Origin: Amoebidium appalachense
Lineage: Eukaryota > Protista > Ichthyosporea
Reading direction: 5' to 3'
Assembly: GCA_963693365.1 (NCBI GenBank)
Contig: CAVNZM010000013.1
Span: forward strand, 2,319,817-2,383,816
Length of the DNA stretch: 64,000 bases
Of this stretch, positions 12,630 through 32,003 are shown in pieces. The notes beneath the pieces were generated by a model. The model saw only the letters and a program-made list of their open reading frames with translations, was not told the DNA's origin and made no database searches. How positions within the stretch are numbered: position 1 is the stretch's first letter; each line of letters opens with the position of its first letter. Made by a program: the position numbers and the translations under genes.

Positions 12630-13410
12630 CTGCCCCTGCAGTGAACACGTGGCAATATCCGACTCTGGCGGCTACAAAAGACATGGGCAAGCCGTACGAG
12701 CCCCTCCCTCCCCCCCCCCCCCCCCCCCCCCTTGCCTTTCCTTTCTTTCCCCTCGGTTAAAACGGGTGGACTTGCTTGTATCGCAGGCGAAGCAAAGGAA
12801 TATGGGTTGGGAGCCACAAGTGAGAAAATTGGAGTCGAACCTTTGTTCATTGATAGGAACTTCCACTGATGGGGGGCTTGCCTGCGTGTTTGATTTGATG
12901 TCTCTGGGTTTTCAAGTTGTGCCTATGTCGTGTTTTGTGTTCGTGTCTGCTTGATCTTCTCCATACCCTCAGATGCACACTTCCCTCTCCGCCGGAGATG
13001 GACCATGCATTTATGATGCATGCTCTTTGTGTGCTCTGTTTATTTATACATATTCTGCAAAATGTCCGTCCTGCGTGGGTAGTACGTCCTCTGCAACAGT
13101 GTCCCCCCAAACCCCTCCCCCCAACCACCCACCCACCCCAAACCCACCTCCACCGCCACCCTTTTCCCCCTTGGCTCCTTGGCTTCTTTGTCGTTGTGTA
13201 TTTTCGTGTCCTTTTTTTTCTTCCCTTTCTTTCTTTCTTTCTTTTTTCTTTTGCTGATTTTGGTCTTGCAGGGCGCCTCTCGGGCTCAAGGGCTTCGACA
13301 CGGTCAAGAATGGCTACCGGGGAGACACCACACTTGGTCAGGCCCCGAAGGTCGCACTGACAAATAAGTTTGCGGGTCTGACGGATGACAACTAGACGGG
13401 GTGCGTGTGC

Positions 13411-13509
<99 letters not shown>

Positions 13510-13630
13510 GGGTGGGTGGGTGGGTGGTGGTGGTGGTGGTGGGGGGGGGGGGGGGGGGGGGGTGATTGGGGGGGGGGGGGGGGGGGGGGGGGGGAGGTGG
13601 GTGGGTGGGTATGTGCTGGGGGGCGGGGGG

Positions 13631-13690
<60 letters not shown>

Positions 13691-14116
13691 CAAGGGGAGG
13701 GGGGGAGGGGGGGGGGGGGAGGGGGGGGGAGGGGGAAGGGGTACACGTTGGAATAGGCCGGTGGGTGGGAGTCGTGCGTTAGTGTATCTATGCGCGTGTG
13801 TCCGTTCATTGGGTGTGTTCGGTGTACACGGGAGCAGGTTTATCACGAAAGTAGAACAAATTTCTGTGAGCAAACAAATGGGCGTGCACGTAGAACGATG
13901 GGTGTGTGCGTGCGCGCTTGCACGTGTCTTGCATGTACCTCTGGCCTGCAAGTTTTGGAAGCCCCACCTACGTCCCCACGTTTCCTGTCTGTTGATGCAC
14001 GAGCAACACACACACACACGTGTGTGTGTGTTGGGGGGGGAGGATATGATAGAAGGTTGGGTGATGACAACAGACGGGCAGGGGGGTGGAGGAGGGGGTT
14101 GGCGAGGGTGGTGTGT

Positions 14117-14210
<94 letters not shown>

Positions 14211-14265
14211 TGTATGTGTGTGTGTGTCTTTGTGTGTCCGCGTGCGCGAGTGTGTGTGTCCGCCG

Positions 14266-14308
<43 letters not shown>

Positions 14309-14394
14309 GATCATTGATAGAAACGGGAGGGTTTGGTTAGTCGTGTGTTGTTTTGCCTGCACATCTTTTAGCCTTTGCTAACTGCCCCCCCCCC

Positions 14395-14443
<49 letters not shown>

Positions 14444-14594
14444 ACGCGCGCGCGCACACACACACACTCACGCGCACACACGCACACTCACACACACGCA
14501 CGCACACACACAAACAGTTGTGTGTTGCAGGGTGGACATGGATACTGTCACGCAGAGGAATATGCTCGGCAACACCCTGTGTGCCGGTTGACCC
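12630..14594 (+). CDS. Orphan internal exons of an unidentified gene inside the insert
   Basis: Complex-sequence islands with AG/GT ends among microsatellites: 12630-12693 ([21 protein letters not shown]) joins in phase to 13272-13350 or 13367 ([27 protein letters not shown]); a third island starts at 14531 with ambiguous frame. Confidence 0.45.
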
Positions 14595-14871
14595 GTAAAT
14601 TCGTTTTTTGTTTATGTAAATTTGTTTTTACCTTTCATTTTTGGTTGTATTTTGGGTGTGCTTTTGACTATGACTTCGGAAAATCTATTGTGTAGGTGTA
14701 GAAAGGTTATGATACTATGTTGTGCACCTGAACTGGGGTTTACTGCACACATGTGCACTCTTACACGCTGCCAAATCCGCACGGGGCGCCACACCACAAC
14801 ATATACACATACCCCCCCCCCCCCCCCCCCCCCCCCCCCACACACACACATAGATACATACACACACACAA

Positions 14872-14913
<42 letters not shown>

Positions 14914-15620
14914 GCACGCACAATACAAGATGCATTTCTTTTGTGAAACACAAAATTCTGCACAGCCTTCTCAGGGTTCAACTGTTTGAAGGTATACAAG
15001 CGGATTTGTTTATTTGTCATTCTTCAAGTGTCCTTGTCTTCCTTTATTTATTTGCTTTCCCCTCCCCCCCCGTGTTGTTGTGTAAGAGAAGCACCCATAT
15101 AAGTCACTCCTAATGGTATCTACACCAAGAGAGGTTCAACGTATGTGAAACATGATGCTTGTCTGTTTACTGTGTTATTGCCTTTACGTTAACCGGAGTT
15201 CGAGACTTTAGAAGTTTGACTGAGTTCGCATTACATGTTAAGGTGGGTAAGGTGAAGATGTGAAACCCTTGCTAGTATGCTTTGCCCAATAGATTTGATG
15301 GATTGATATGGTATTTTTTGGAATGTTCTGTGCACAACAGCGGGGCCCAATAAAATACGAGAAGTCTGCAGGAGTGTGTTGGAACTTCAATACACTCGCG
15401 TCTGTTGGAAGCCTAGGTCTGTCATGATCAATAACAAAGTGCTTGTGTTTGAAGCATGGATGTGCAAACCGTATGTTGCTGTTATTTGCAGTGCATGTGT
15501 GTTCATGATCACGTGCACTGTGTGCGTGTGACACAGTGTGCGTGTATATATGATATCCTACAGCTGGTGTGCAAGTGTGCACGTGTGTGTGGGCGGCGGC
15601 GACGGCCACCCCCCTGGGCG

Positions 15621-15667
<47 letters not shown>

Positions 15668-15921
15668 GGGAGGCTAACTACTTCATGCCAAAGTTATTAA
15701 AAATGAAACAATCACTGCACACCACTGTAGTCCCCTCGTGAATGTGGTTGGCTGGTGAAGAACTGTCACATGTTTGATTTTGGGCGGTTTTGCGCCACAC
15801 GTGTTATGTCAGCAACCACACAAGTCTTGAATAATAAAAATCTCAACTTCATGACACTGATCTGAACCTGAAGAAAGGGAGAGCTGTCCCGGGGAGAAAG
15901 AGAGAAAAAAAAAGAAAAAAA

Positions 15922-15954
<33 letters not shown>

Positions 15955-16456
15955 GGGGGGGGGGGAAGGGAGATGCTTCAGAAAAGAGATGAGGGAGGGC
16001 ATACTACGTAGGAGGCTAAAGACACCAATAAAACATTGTCAAGGGGGCAAAAAAAAAAAACACACTTTCCTAATTACCTACACTCCACATCCACCCACCC
16101 AAAATATCTGGACCCTCCCCCCCCCCACAACACACACACACACACACACCTCGTGTATTGCAGCCTGCCCTCCCCTCCCCTCCCCCCATCCCCCCCCCCC
16201 CCCCCCCCCCCCCACACACACACATCCATTAAAAAATAGTAATAAGAAAAAGGTTCTACTCACATAAAACAAAGAGTCTAGTACCTTTGTGTGTTACTCT
16301 AATGCACAGGCCAAAAAGTTCTAAATAACGTTCTATACATACCACTGACATTTTCGCGGTTATATAACATACACATTCATTTTTCACCTGCGTTTTCGCA
16401 ACCCCCCCTGTGCGGCCAGCAGGGGCTCTTTCACACTGTGATGAATCTCCGAAGCA

Positions 16457-16874
16457 CTACCACCGAGCCCTACACCAATCCCAGAACCGTTTAGGGAAGG
16501 TGAGACAGGTGACGATGGAGACAAGGAAGGCGGGCACGGCCCATTGGGCAAAATTTGATCCGAATGCGGTGTAAAGTCCTTGGATAATGGCCATGGAGGC
16601 GTCTCCGGGGTTGTGGTAAACACGCCCCAAACCGAAGCCCACCATGAAGAGCAGGCCGAGGAGCTTTGCCTAGGGCGAGTCCTCTGGCCTGTCTGGCACA
16701 CGGCTGGTCAAAAAGTGGTAATAGCATAACACTGGAATTTGCGCTGCACAAAATAACGCTGACAAAGAATATGACGGGTTCCTCGGTGAATGGGGTGGGG
16801 AAAGTGGGTGAATGGGGTGGGGAAAGTGAAGAGGGGGACGGGAGGTAGGGGGAGGGGGGAGGGGTGCGGGGGGT

Positions 16875-16917
<43 letters not shown>

Positions 16918-17590
16918 GGGAGTACAGAAAATAGTGCACGGATGTAGCTTGTTGACATGTGGCTAGCGGCACATGTTAAGGGAAGCAAACGTAAGAGCAG
17001 AACCCAAAAAAATTCTCTAGCAGCCATAAATTCAGAAAAGTCAAAGGAATTCTTGTTGGTGAAGGTTCACCTTCCACCCGAAGAGTGCCTTGAAAAGGGT
17101 GGGAGACTGCCAAAGTGCCTGCCATTCTTGGCTCAGGTTGACAAATTTAGCCATACAACGCATGAAGTGGTACAGAGGTGTGCGTGCACATACTGGCACC
17201 GAGGGGTGCACCTACCCTCTGCCGCTTTCGCCCCTACGCCCAACTTCAATGTCGCTGCTAACACCTTTCTTGTCTCCAGGTCAACTTTTGCTTGTACTAA
17301 AGTATTCCAATTCTCCACCTCCGCCTTCGCGGCGGCCTCTGCCTCCGCCTTCCTCGCCTGAGCCAGCGCCTGCTGCACGGCGGCCTCTGCCTCCGCCTTC
17401 CTTGCCTCGGCCAGCGCCTGCTGCGCCCGTGCCTGCGCCAGCTGCGCCTGCGCCTGCGCCTGCGCCTGCGCCTGCGCCAGCTGCGCCTGCGCCTGCGCCA
17501 GCTGCGCCTGCGCCTGCGCCTGCTGCGCCTGTGCCTGTGCCTGTGCCTGCTGCGCCTGTGCCTGTGCCTGCGCCTGTGCCTGCGCCTGCT

Positions 17591-17621
<31 letters not shown>

Positions 17622-17738
17622 CTGCTCCTGTGCCTGCGCCTGCCCTATGATGATTTCCTTCACACTGTTTAGCGCGGCCTGTGGGTCAGGCATTTTTGCA
17701 AGCTCGCGAAGCTGCTCGGCGGTCAAAAGCTGCTCCAT
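16457..17738 (-). CDS. Hypothetical Gln-Ala-repeat coiled-coil protein with C-terminal hydrophobic segments (possibly pseudogenic)
   Basis: ATG at 17738; exon 1 ends at 17216 with donor GTAGGT and encodes MEQLLTAEQLRELAK..(QA)n..EARKAEAEAA. A downstream coding-like block 16669-16457 reads AKLLGLLFMVGFGLG..WAVPAFLVSIVTCLTFP. Internal exon structure is uncertain. Confidence 0.55.
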
Positions 17739-18298
17739 TGTGTAAGTTTGATTAGTAACCAGTGTACACGCATATACATGTTCTAAACGGCAAACAAGTG
17801 TGCTCGCCGTGATACATACGTTGGTTTATATACTGCGAAGTGCCATCGGAAAGTTTCTCGGTATGGGCCTTAGCCTCTAGAGTAGCTCGCAAATCGATCG
17901 GTCCAAAATCCCACCTTTTTGAGCGATCGTGGTATGAGAATGGAGCATGATATTCGGGAAATTTCGACGTGGAAAGGGAGCTAATGATGTGCACTTTAAA
18001 AGTGCCCGGTTACTTTTTTTCTCTGACAGCAAAAACATGGTGAAAATTTGTGTTGAAAATTAAATTTTTCATATGTAGGCCCAAAATTGGCCGCCCAACC
18101 GTAACACATAGAAGGAGGGGTATTAGACCCATCAATATGGGGTGCAAAATGCTCAGCTCGCCAAGCCAAGGTCAGTCTCCGGAATCAGATTTTCAAAAAA
18201 GTTTTCCGTTCTCGAGATATTAACACTTTTCCGATCGGACCCCCCCAGCTTGAACCCCCACCATGAAATTTAGTTTGCGACCATGCACCTAACGGACC

Positions 18299-18305
18299 CG
18301 CGCGC

Positions 18306-18383
<78 letters not shown>

Positions 18384-18449
18384 TACATGTATGTGTGTGT
18401 GTGTTTGTGTGTGTGTGTGTTTGTGTGCGCGTGTGCACGTGTGTACACT

Positions 18450-18484
<35 letters not shown>

Positions 18485-18544
18485 AATGTCTGTACCATGG
18501 TGTGTGTGTGTGTGTGTGTGTGTGTGCACAATGTCTGTACCATG

Positions 18545-18604
<60 letters not shown>

Positions 18605-18605
18605 C

Positions 18606-18662
<57 letters not shown>
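18299..18662. repeat. (CG)n/(TG)n microsatellite block
   Basis: Directly visible; it separates a TE-like terminus from the Tc1 remnant. Confidence 0.9.
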
Positions 18663-18664
<2 letters not shown>

Positions 18665-18765
18665 CCTAGGGGGACATGCAACATTGAGGATTCACAAGGG
18701 CCGGTGGATTTGCCCAGTGACCAACTTAATTACTAATGGCCAGAAGGGAATGTGCTGTGTTCGGG

Positions 18766-19449
18766 TTAATCCCCACTTTGGCACGATTGAGAACAGAAAC
18801 AGCACCGGGCCCACACGGCACACCCAACTTTACTCCCCACCAACCTCCAAGAGGACTTGACTAAACACCCGTCTATGCCCCTTGTATTTCTTTGCAGCAT
18901 AGGCTGCAGCAAGGCCAGTAAGCCCACGTGTGTGTAAGCATCCATAAAACGAAAAGCCCTACGCGCATATTTACGAATCAGAGACACTGGTATGCCATCT
19001 AAAGCAGCAGGCACTGCCTCCCGCAACTCAGCTATTATATAAGACACCTTAAGCCTAAGAATACGCTTGGATTCACCCCAATAATACTCTATGTAGTTAA
19101 GCTCACAGTGATACTTAGGATAAAATATGCATTCATGCCCGGCCTCTTCTATTACCTCTTGCAACCAAGGGTTTTGCTCTGCAAAATCAGGCTGTAGATC
19201 TAGAATACGTGTAGCACAACACTTGTCTGCAGTGCATGGGGGTCTAGGAACCTTATTATTAATGTCCTCTTGGCTACGTGGATCAGGACATTGCATGATC
19301 AAACGCGAAACATCATAGCCTCTCTCTTCCAAAATTTGTTTCATTCCCTTCCCCAGTTCAACATCTCTTTCACCCACAACCCTTTCTTTGCCGCCTGGCC
19401 CCTTTTCCTTTACACGTTTATTGTTACATGTTTTGCATGTAATCAGCAA
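18766..19449 (-). mobile_element. IS630/Tc1-mariner transposase C-terminal remnant
   Basis: GKGMKQILEERG, CCATRILDLQPDF, GHECIFYPKYHCELNYIEYYWG and RFMDAY are typical of fungal/protist Tc1-like transposases; the N-terminus is missing. Confidence 0.85.
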
Positions 19450-19697
19450 GTCACCCCCCTCCTCACTCCCCCTTCCCCACCACGTCTATTTTACATACAA
19501 TTGCAAACACTGCGGCTTCGCTCGTGCGTGGTTTGTGTGGAACGTGTTAGGCAGGCCACATGCATACTCGTGTGGGACATCCACAGACACCTCAGAGGCT
19601 CCCCTCGACAAACGGTGATTAAACACACACAGACACACTCTTCGCACCCAGCTTGAACATAGCCGGCCAGGCAGGCACTGGGGCGGACAGCGAGCCA

Positions 19698-19788
19698 GGT
19701 CATGTCGGGTCGGGTCGGTTTATTCGGATCGGATCAGGCCAAGCGATGACCCGATCCGACCCGAATTGATTGGGGTCCGACATTGGCC
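19698..19788. repeat. ~90-bp foldback with TCGGG/CCCGA motifs (MITE-like)
   Basis: GGTCATGTCGGGTCGGGTCGG ... CCGATCCGACCCGA ... CCGACATTGGCC. Confidence 0.55.
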
Positions 19789-20716
19789 AAAAAAATTTAT
19801 TGCGGCAATCGACACGTCTCGTCGAGCTGGTTACAGTACTGTAGAGCCACCGTTTCGGATTTTTTTTTTGATTTTTTTTTTTTTTTTTTTTTTTTTTTGC
19901 GCGAAAAGTTTTTTGCGCGCTATAGAGACTAAGGCCCATACCACGAAAGTCAAATACCTCACATTCCGCCGTTAGGTTTCAGCTCAGAGAAGGTGCAATC
20001 GCAGTTGGTTATAGCTTAGCGATTGGCTCAATCGTTACCTTCTCGACCAATCACCAATGCGAATTTAACAGTTGATGAGCCATTTCTACATATTAGCTTT
20101 AAACCAATCATCATGTGCTGTTGTTCTTTTGCACTAGTTTATGTAGTGCGTGCTGACTGGTTAGTATTATAGGTAGTCCGATCGGCGCTCAACGAAAAGT
20201 CTGACGTCACATTCCATTCCTGAAATAAGCTGATTTGATTGGTTCGGCGGTTCGACGGAAAGTCCCTGACCCAGCCGGCTAGTACCGAGACACTTGGCAT
20301 GCCACGGTACCAGTCGACTACCTCTTGTGTGACACCGTGGACTGACTCAGCAAAATCATTCAGGTGACGTAGGCAGATTCGGCCTTCTTCCACAACCGGG
20401 CCGTTTGGTTGGCTGGCGCGGGGCCGGGGTTACGTAAGGCGGTGGGGTCGAAGGAGGCAAGACCACGATATGGAGGTTTGGGGGGAGGCCTGCGCAGGGC
20501 CCTACGTAAGCCTTACGTAAGGCGGTCAGGCGGCGGCGGGCGCTAGGTAGAGCACGATACGGAAGGCGTGGGTCTGGGGAGGTTTATGTGGCGAATCGGG
20601 CTGCGCGGTTGTGAAACTTGCGCTAATGACGTCGTCAGTAGGGAACCAGTCAGATTCTTCGGTCGTGGAAGTTGCAGAAGTGGCCTCGTGAGCCGTGATA
20701 GTGAACCAGTCGGAGG

Positions 20717-20776
20717 GCCCGGTTGTGAAAGTTAGCTAATGAGCGTTAATTACACCTGTAGCTTGCACAACCGGGC
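20717..20776. mobile_element. 60-bp mini-MITE with TIR GCCCGGTTGTG (PIF/Harbinger-like)
   Basis: GCCCGGTTGTGAAAG ... CTTGCACAACCGGGC; related termini at ~20391-20402 and ~20605. Confidence 0.5.
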
Positions 20777-20839
20777 GATACCATTGGGTAGTGGTTTGAA
20801 GTTGTATAATTGGATAAAAACCATTCAATCCTTTTGGCG

Positions 20840-21465
20840 GGTTGGCTTTATTGATTTGAAAACTGCTTACGATTCTGTCTCCCCTGGTCTCCTATGGGAA
20901 AAGCTTGCTGCACGGGGTGTGCCACACTGCATTGGTGTTCTTTTAGAAGCACCCTTGTCTCAAACCTATGGTAGAGCTGTGGTTGTTGGGCATCTTTCGT
21001 ATGGTTTTGCTCGTACTAGAGGTCTCTTGCAGAGTTTATTGCTTAGCCCCTTTTTGTTTAACCTATCTGTCCCTCTGAGCTGTGGTTGTTGGGCATCTTT
21101 CATATGGTTTTGCTCGTACTAGAGGTCTCTTGCAGGGTTCATTGCTTAGCCCCTTTTTGTTTAACCTATTTATAGATCCTTGCCCGTACCCCTAGACGCC
21201 TGCAAAGATTGTTCGATGTAGTGTCAGAGTGGTGCAAGGCAAACCTTATGATCCTTAACAAGACAAATGTGGTGTTCTTGTACCTGATATAGCTAACAAT
21301 TTACACACATTTACATTATCATCTAAACCTGTACCTATAGTTCCAGAATACAAATATCTTGGTGTTCCGGTTAATTCTGTTGGTGTTATGTTTTCCCATA
21401 TGGTCGAAAAGAGGGTAGAATTGGCTCGTAAGCGGTTAGCTTTCTTCTCGGCTAATATTTTTAAA
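20840..21465 (+). mobile_element. Degenerate non-LTR (LINE) reverse transcriptase fragment
   Basis: FIDLKTAYDSV..LLWEKL, RGLLQGSLLSPFLFNLFID and YKYLGV; internal ~95-bp tandem duplication (~20975-21067 and ~21078-21170); no YADD region seen. Confidence 0.85.
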
Positions 21466-22181
21466 GACACCCCCCTCCATTGTGGTTGTGCTTGCATGCG
21501 GGCAATTACATACACACACACACAAATAGACACAGATACTTCTTGCACACACACACACACACATGCACACGCACAGGCGCACAAGCAGCACATGCGCGCA
21601 AACACACGCGCACACGGAAGATACGCACACATCACACCCTCACACATACACAAATAAATACACACAGGAATATACAGAGTCGCACGTGGCGAATGTGCAC
21701 ACACACACACACACACTATATATAATTAATAGAAATGCACCTCTGCCTTTTACAGATTGTGTTTCAACAGTGCGTATCAAACCACGTGAACAAAAGCATA
21801 CACCAGATAAACAGTACACTGCAAACCAGCACTAGAAGGAAATCAGACAACACATGGCTAGTTACGAGCAGGAGTTACAAATTTAAATTTTATCTTTTAA
21901 GAATTAAAAGCCACAATTGCTTTTCCCGTCCTATTACTCCGTACCTCAATCGATCTCAAGGGCAATGCCATCTTACTATCTTTCTTGAATTTTCTTGAAA
22001 CAACAAAACTGAATCACCTGGGCATCGTGACCAGAAACAGAGATTCTATTCCCCAATTTCCCCCTTCCTGCCCCCCCCCCTCCCCCGCCTCTCCCCTCCC
22101 TCACCCCCGCCCAAACACACACACACACACATACACACAGGCAAGCACGCACACACGCACGTGCAAACATGCACAATAAAG

Positions 22182-23243
22182 ACATCAACCCTTCCCCTCG
22201 ACACCCCCACGTCTCACTCCATACAGGTACGCTTCTCTCTCAGCAACACACAACACGTCCTATTTAAATGCTGTCACGCCACAGCCATCCAAACTAAGCC
22301 AACCACCAAAATCACAGGTGCCCGTGGCCGTGAGCAAGAACAACTCCAATGCCGAGCCCTCGACCAACACAGCCACTACCGTCGACTTCAACCAATCACC
22401 TGCTGCGGCCGTGACTGGGAGCCAATCAGTAAAGGCCCCAACCGCCCCAACCTCTACCGCTGCCCCCACACCTACAATTGTAAAGAAGCAAATGGGTAAA
22501 TGCCCCCCCCTCTCCCCCCCCCCCCCCCCAAACACTCCACCCATCCCCACCCACCCACCTCCTTTTTCCGGACACTGTAGATGATTTGGCACCAAAACCT
22601 GAGGATGGGCTCTGTTTATGATGCATATTCTCGTGTGCGTTGCAAAATCTGCATTGTGTTGCACGCCGCGCACTGTGTCCTTCGTACTCTGTAACGAATT
22701 TCAGCCTCTTCCCCCCCCCCCCCCCCCCCCCCTCCCTCCCGTCCCCCCATCTCCTTGGCCCATATCACGTACCCTTAACGGTGGTGCACTGCTGCGCACA
22801 AGCGAAAACGTTTCTCATTGCCCTTGCCGTTCTCCGCTTTCCCCTTTCCCTCCTTTCCCTTTTTCCTATTTTGGGATACTCCCCAATCCCCCCCCCCCCC
22901 CCCCCCATCCCCTCATCCTCACCACCTTCCAATAACCTTCAACCACCATCACCCTCATCCCCATCACCGAAATATGTTTCCTTCTCCACATGGCTATTGC
23001 ACTGGATTTGCATTCATTAATCTCACCGCTTTTTACCCCCCCCCCCCCCCCCAACTCCCCTCTCTGCCCCCCTTCCCCCCTCTCCCCCTCTCCCCTCCCC
23101 CCTCTCCTCCCCCCCCTCCTCCTCCCCCTCCCCCTCCCCCTCCAGCTCTGTGTGACTGCAAGGTTGGTGCCTACTTCAATGGGTCGTGCTATGCGCAACT
23201 TGCAGACGCAATCACGGAGATGCCGGACGGCGGCAACATCACG
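22182..23243 (+). CDS. Orphan exons: Thr/Ala/Pro-rich linker plus a Cys-containing segment, cut off by the duplication junction
   Basis: Phase-compatible exons 22182-22226, 22318-22495 (VPVAVSKNN..APTPTIVKKQM) and 23146-23243 (ALCDCKVGAYFNGSCYAQLADAITEMPDGGNIT, donor GTAAGT). Confidence 0.6.
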
Positions 23244-23535
23244 GTAAGTTGAAATACCCCCCCCCCTCCCCCCCCCCCCCCCCCCCCCAAGTCCCCCCCT
23301 TGCTTCTTTTTTCAACAAGCTAAGCCCACATAGGGCCCCCCCGGATGCTTTTTTCACATCCTGCATTACGCCTGTGTTTTACAGTAAGTTTCACGCGGTT
23401 TGGTGCCGTGTATCAATCATCTCTAGCCGATCTTTCCCCCCTCCCCCCCCCCCTCCCCCCCCCCCCCCCCCCCCCCCCCGCCCCGCTCTCCCCACCAATG
23501 CAAAAAGAAAGGGGGGAAAGCGATGGAAATCACAC

Positions 23536-28748
<5,213 letters not shown>

Positions 28749-29048
28749 TCAATTATATCGGCATCGACCGGCAGTGAGCCATTTATAAACGTCAGCGTTT
28801 GACGTCAGTATGACGTTACATCAACATAGGCCGACATAGACGAAAGTCATACGTACCTGAAAAGGTTATACCCTATTGAGGCCATACATGATCTTTGTGC
28901 TTAAGGTTATACTCACTATATTTTACCTTTTTAGGGTGAACCCCCCTACATCCCGGATGGGGGTATGGCCGAGCAGGGGGACCCCTTCAAGGGCAGCATC
29001 GGAGACTTCAGTGACAAGGCAGTGAGGCAGGGTGGGTGGGTGGGTATG

Positions 29049-29099
<51 letters not shown>

Positions 29100-29602
29100 T
29101 GCAAGAAAGGGGGTTTTTAGGCAGAGGGGATGGAGGGGAGTTTGACGAAGCCTCTTTAGACCAACTATTTTGAGTGAGTGAATGGTTTGGTGTTGGCAGA
29201 GGGTCGAAGTGGGTGGGTGGATGATGGTGCTGGTGCTGTGTTGAGGCCTGGGTGAGAGATACGGGGGACTCGGGGCGCGGGGGGGGGGGGGGGGGGGGGG
29301 GGGGGGTCATGGGTATGAGATTTTTTTGGAGGGGTATACATGCCAGTGTCCGTCCCAAATATGTAAGGAGACGAAAAGGGGAGGGAAGGGGGGGGATATG
29401 AAAGGAATTTGAAGTATGCTGAAAAGGAAACTACCGCCCCCTCCTCCTTCTCCTCCCCCCCTCCGTTCTCAATACACACAAACACATACACACATTGGCA
29501 CACAAAAAAAACAAGCTGACACATCGGCTCGCACATCGTAACACGCACGTACATATATCCACGCTTGTGGACGAGTAGTGGTGTGTCCTTGTACACGAGC
29601 AC

Positions 29603-29648
<46 letters not shown>

Positions 29649-29766
29649 GTTTGTGCGAAAGGTGTATGCGCTTGTGTCTGTGATGCTGCTGTGCTGTGCC
29701 GGGGTCACGGGTGTGTGTCTCAACGTGGCCGAGGTACAGAACTATGTGCGCACAAACATGTGGTTG

Positions 29767-29852
<86 letters not shown>

Positions 29853-31850
29853 CACACACACCACCCTACCCCTTTGCCTGTTGCCTGCATAAGTAACCCT
29901 GCTCGTCTCTGATCAAGACAGTTGACCCACCCACGTTCAAGTGACACAGTACCTGAGTTAGGTTTCGTTGACAGAGTGAATAGGTCGAAACTCGGGCACT
30001 GTGGATGACGTGGGCCCCTTCTGCCTATTATTAAGTCAGATGTTCTTTGTGCTGTGTTCGTCCCTTTTCTTACGGTCACAACCGCTTTGCATATGTTGTT
30101 GTGGGACGGTACAGGGGTGACCAAAAACTGTGTTTACTCCCTTTAAAATATCACCCAGTTTCTTTGCATGGTATTGTGGTATATTCTCGGTCACATAGTG
30201 TGGATGGTGTGCATGTTGTGAAAAGCTCATAGGAAATTGTGAGGAAATACCATCTAGCCAATAGGAAAATGCGAGATATGCTGAAAAGTACCATTCGAGT
30301 TTCGTGTATTTTTGCCTGAGGTATCGTGATGCAGCTCATGTTATCTCCTTCTGTGTGCAAGTTGAAGAGGCCAGAGTCTGGGTTTGTTTTAACTATTCGC
30401 ATTTTCCCTTGCATATCTGCGTGGTGTTTTCCATTCCGCTGTAGTTGTTCCATGTTTGGATACCCTCCCCCCCCCCCCCCCCCCCCCCCCCCCTCCCCCC
30501 TCCCTTCCCCCCCAAGCTCTCTTCCCGCAACCCACCGGATTGTTTCTTCTTATTTGGCCATCTATGCCGGTAATGAAATGGTGTCTATTTGGGGTCGGGG
30601 GGTTAGGAAGGGTTGGGAAGAAAGATGCTTGCTTCGGGGGAGGGGGGGGGGGGGGCAAAGGAAGCAGGCGCCAGGAACAAGTGTGGAGGGATCTGTGTTT
30701 TTTTTGTTTTTTTTGGTCTTGCTCAAGTGGTGTCTGCACAGGGTGTTCTGGACGGCCTGGGGGGTTGGCTTTGGCACCGTGCTGGCTCTGGCCTGCTGCC
30801 AGGACCTGAGCAGAAAGACACCCACTAACTACATCCTGCTGACCGTGTTTGTGAGTAAATGCACACATAAGCACGTGCACACACACACACATGTGCGTAC
30901 ACACATACGCACGTGCAAACACACATGTGCGTACACACATACGCACGTGCACATGTGCCTACACACATTGGCACGTGCACACACACACATGGGCACATGC
31001 TTGCACATACACGGACACACCTGCATGACACGTGCATGTGCTAACACACGTGTCTTCGTAGGCCCACATGCACCCATGCACACATGCCCGTGTGTACGTG
31101 AACATGCACGGGTACACGTGCAAGTGCTAATATTAGCACACACGTGGCATTCACGCACAGGATTGTAGATTTGAGATACACGTGATGGCAAGGGTGTGCC
31201 TGCATGCGTGCACATGCACAGGCACACAGACACATGTCCTTGTTGCTGTGAGGAGCCCTACATTTTTCGTGAGAGGCCACACGCAAACATCCCCCTTCCC
31301 CCCCCCCCCCCCCTTTTTTTTTTTTTGCTTAACTCTTGCAGCATTTGTGCCCCCCCCCCCCCCCTAATCCTCCCTTCAGAAAATACATTTAGCCCCCCCC
31401 CCCCAACCACTTCACTCTCATTCCTCTGAGAATGCTGGCATCCATGACTTCCTCCCTCCCCCCAACCATTTAACCCCTTTTCTCCCCCTTTATAAGCTGA
31501 CACTTATCCCCACAGACGATTGCTGAGTCGTTCATGGTCGGCACCGTTTGTACGTTCTACAACAGCCAGGAGGTAAAAGGAGTTGGGGGGTATGTGTTTG
31601 TGGGTGGTGTGGTTCACTCTGGATGGTGTTGATGGGATAAGTCTGGGTGCGGGTTGGGGGTGATAAGTGTGCACGTGCTTATACGTGTTGGATGCGGTTG
31701 GGGGAGTGTGCTTACAAAGATTGGCCTGTGTGTGTGCTTGTGGGGACCGCGTGTGCCGTGTGCCCACGTGATATTGCACGTGTGTGTGCATGCACGTGAT
31801 CCACGGGGAGTGTAAGGCGCAGGTGCGGGTGTTTCATGTCTTTTTTTTTT

Positions 31851-31881
<31 letters not shown>

Positions 31882-31955
31882 TTGATGGGCCGAATTGCTA
31901 ACACAATCCCCTCCTGACCTGACAAGGCACACACATACACACGCACATACACATG

Positions 31956-32003
<48 letters not shown>

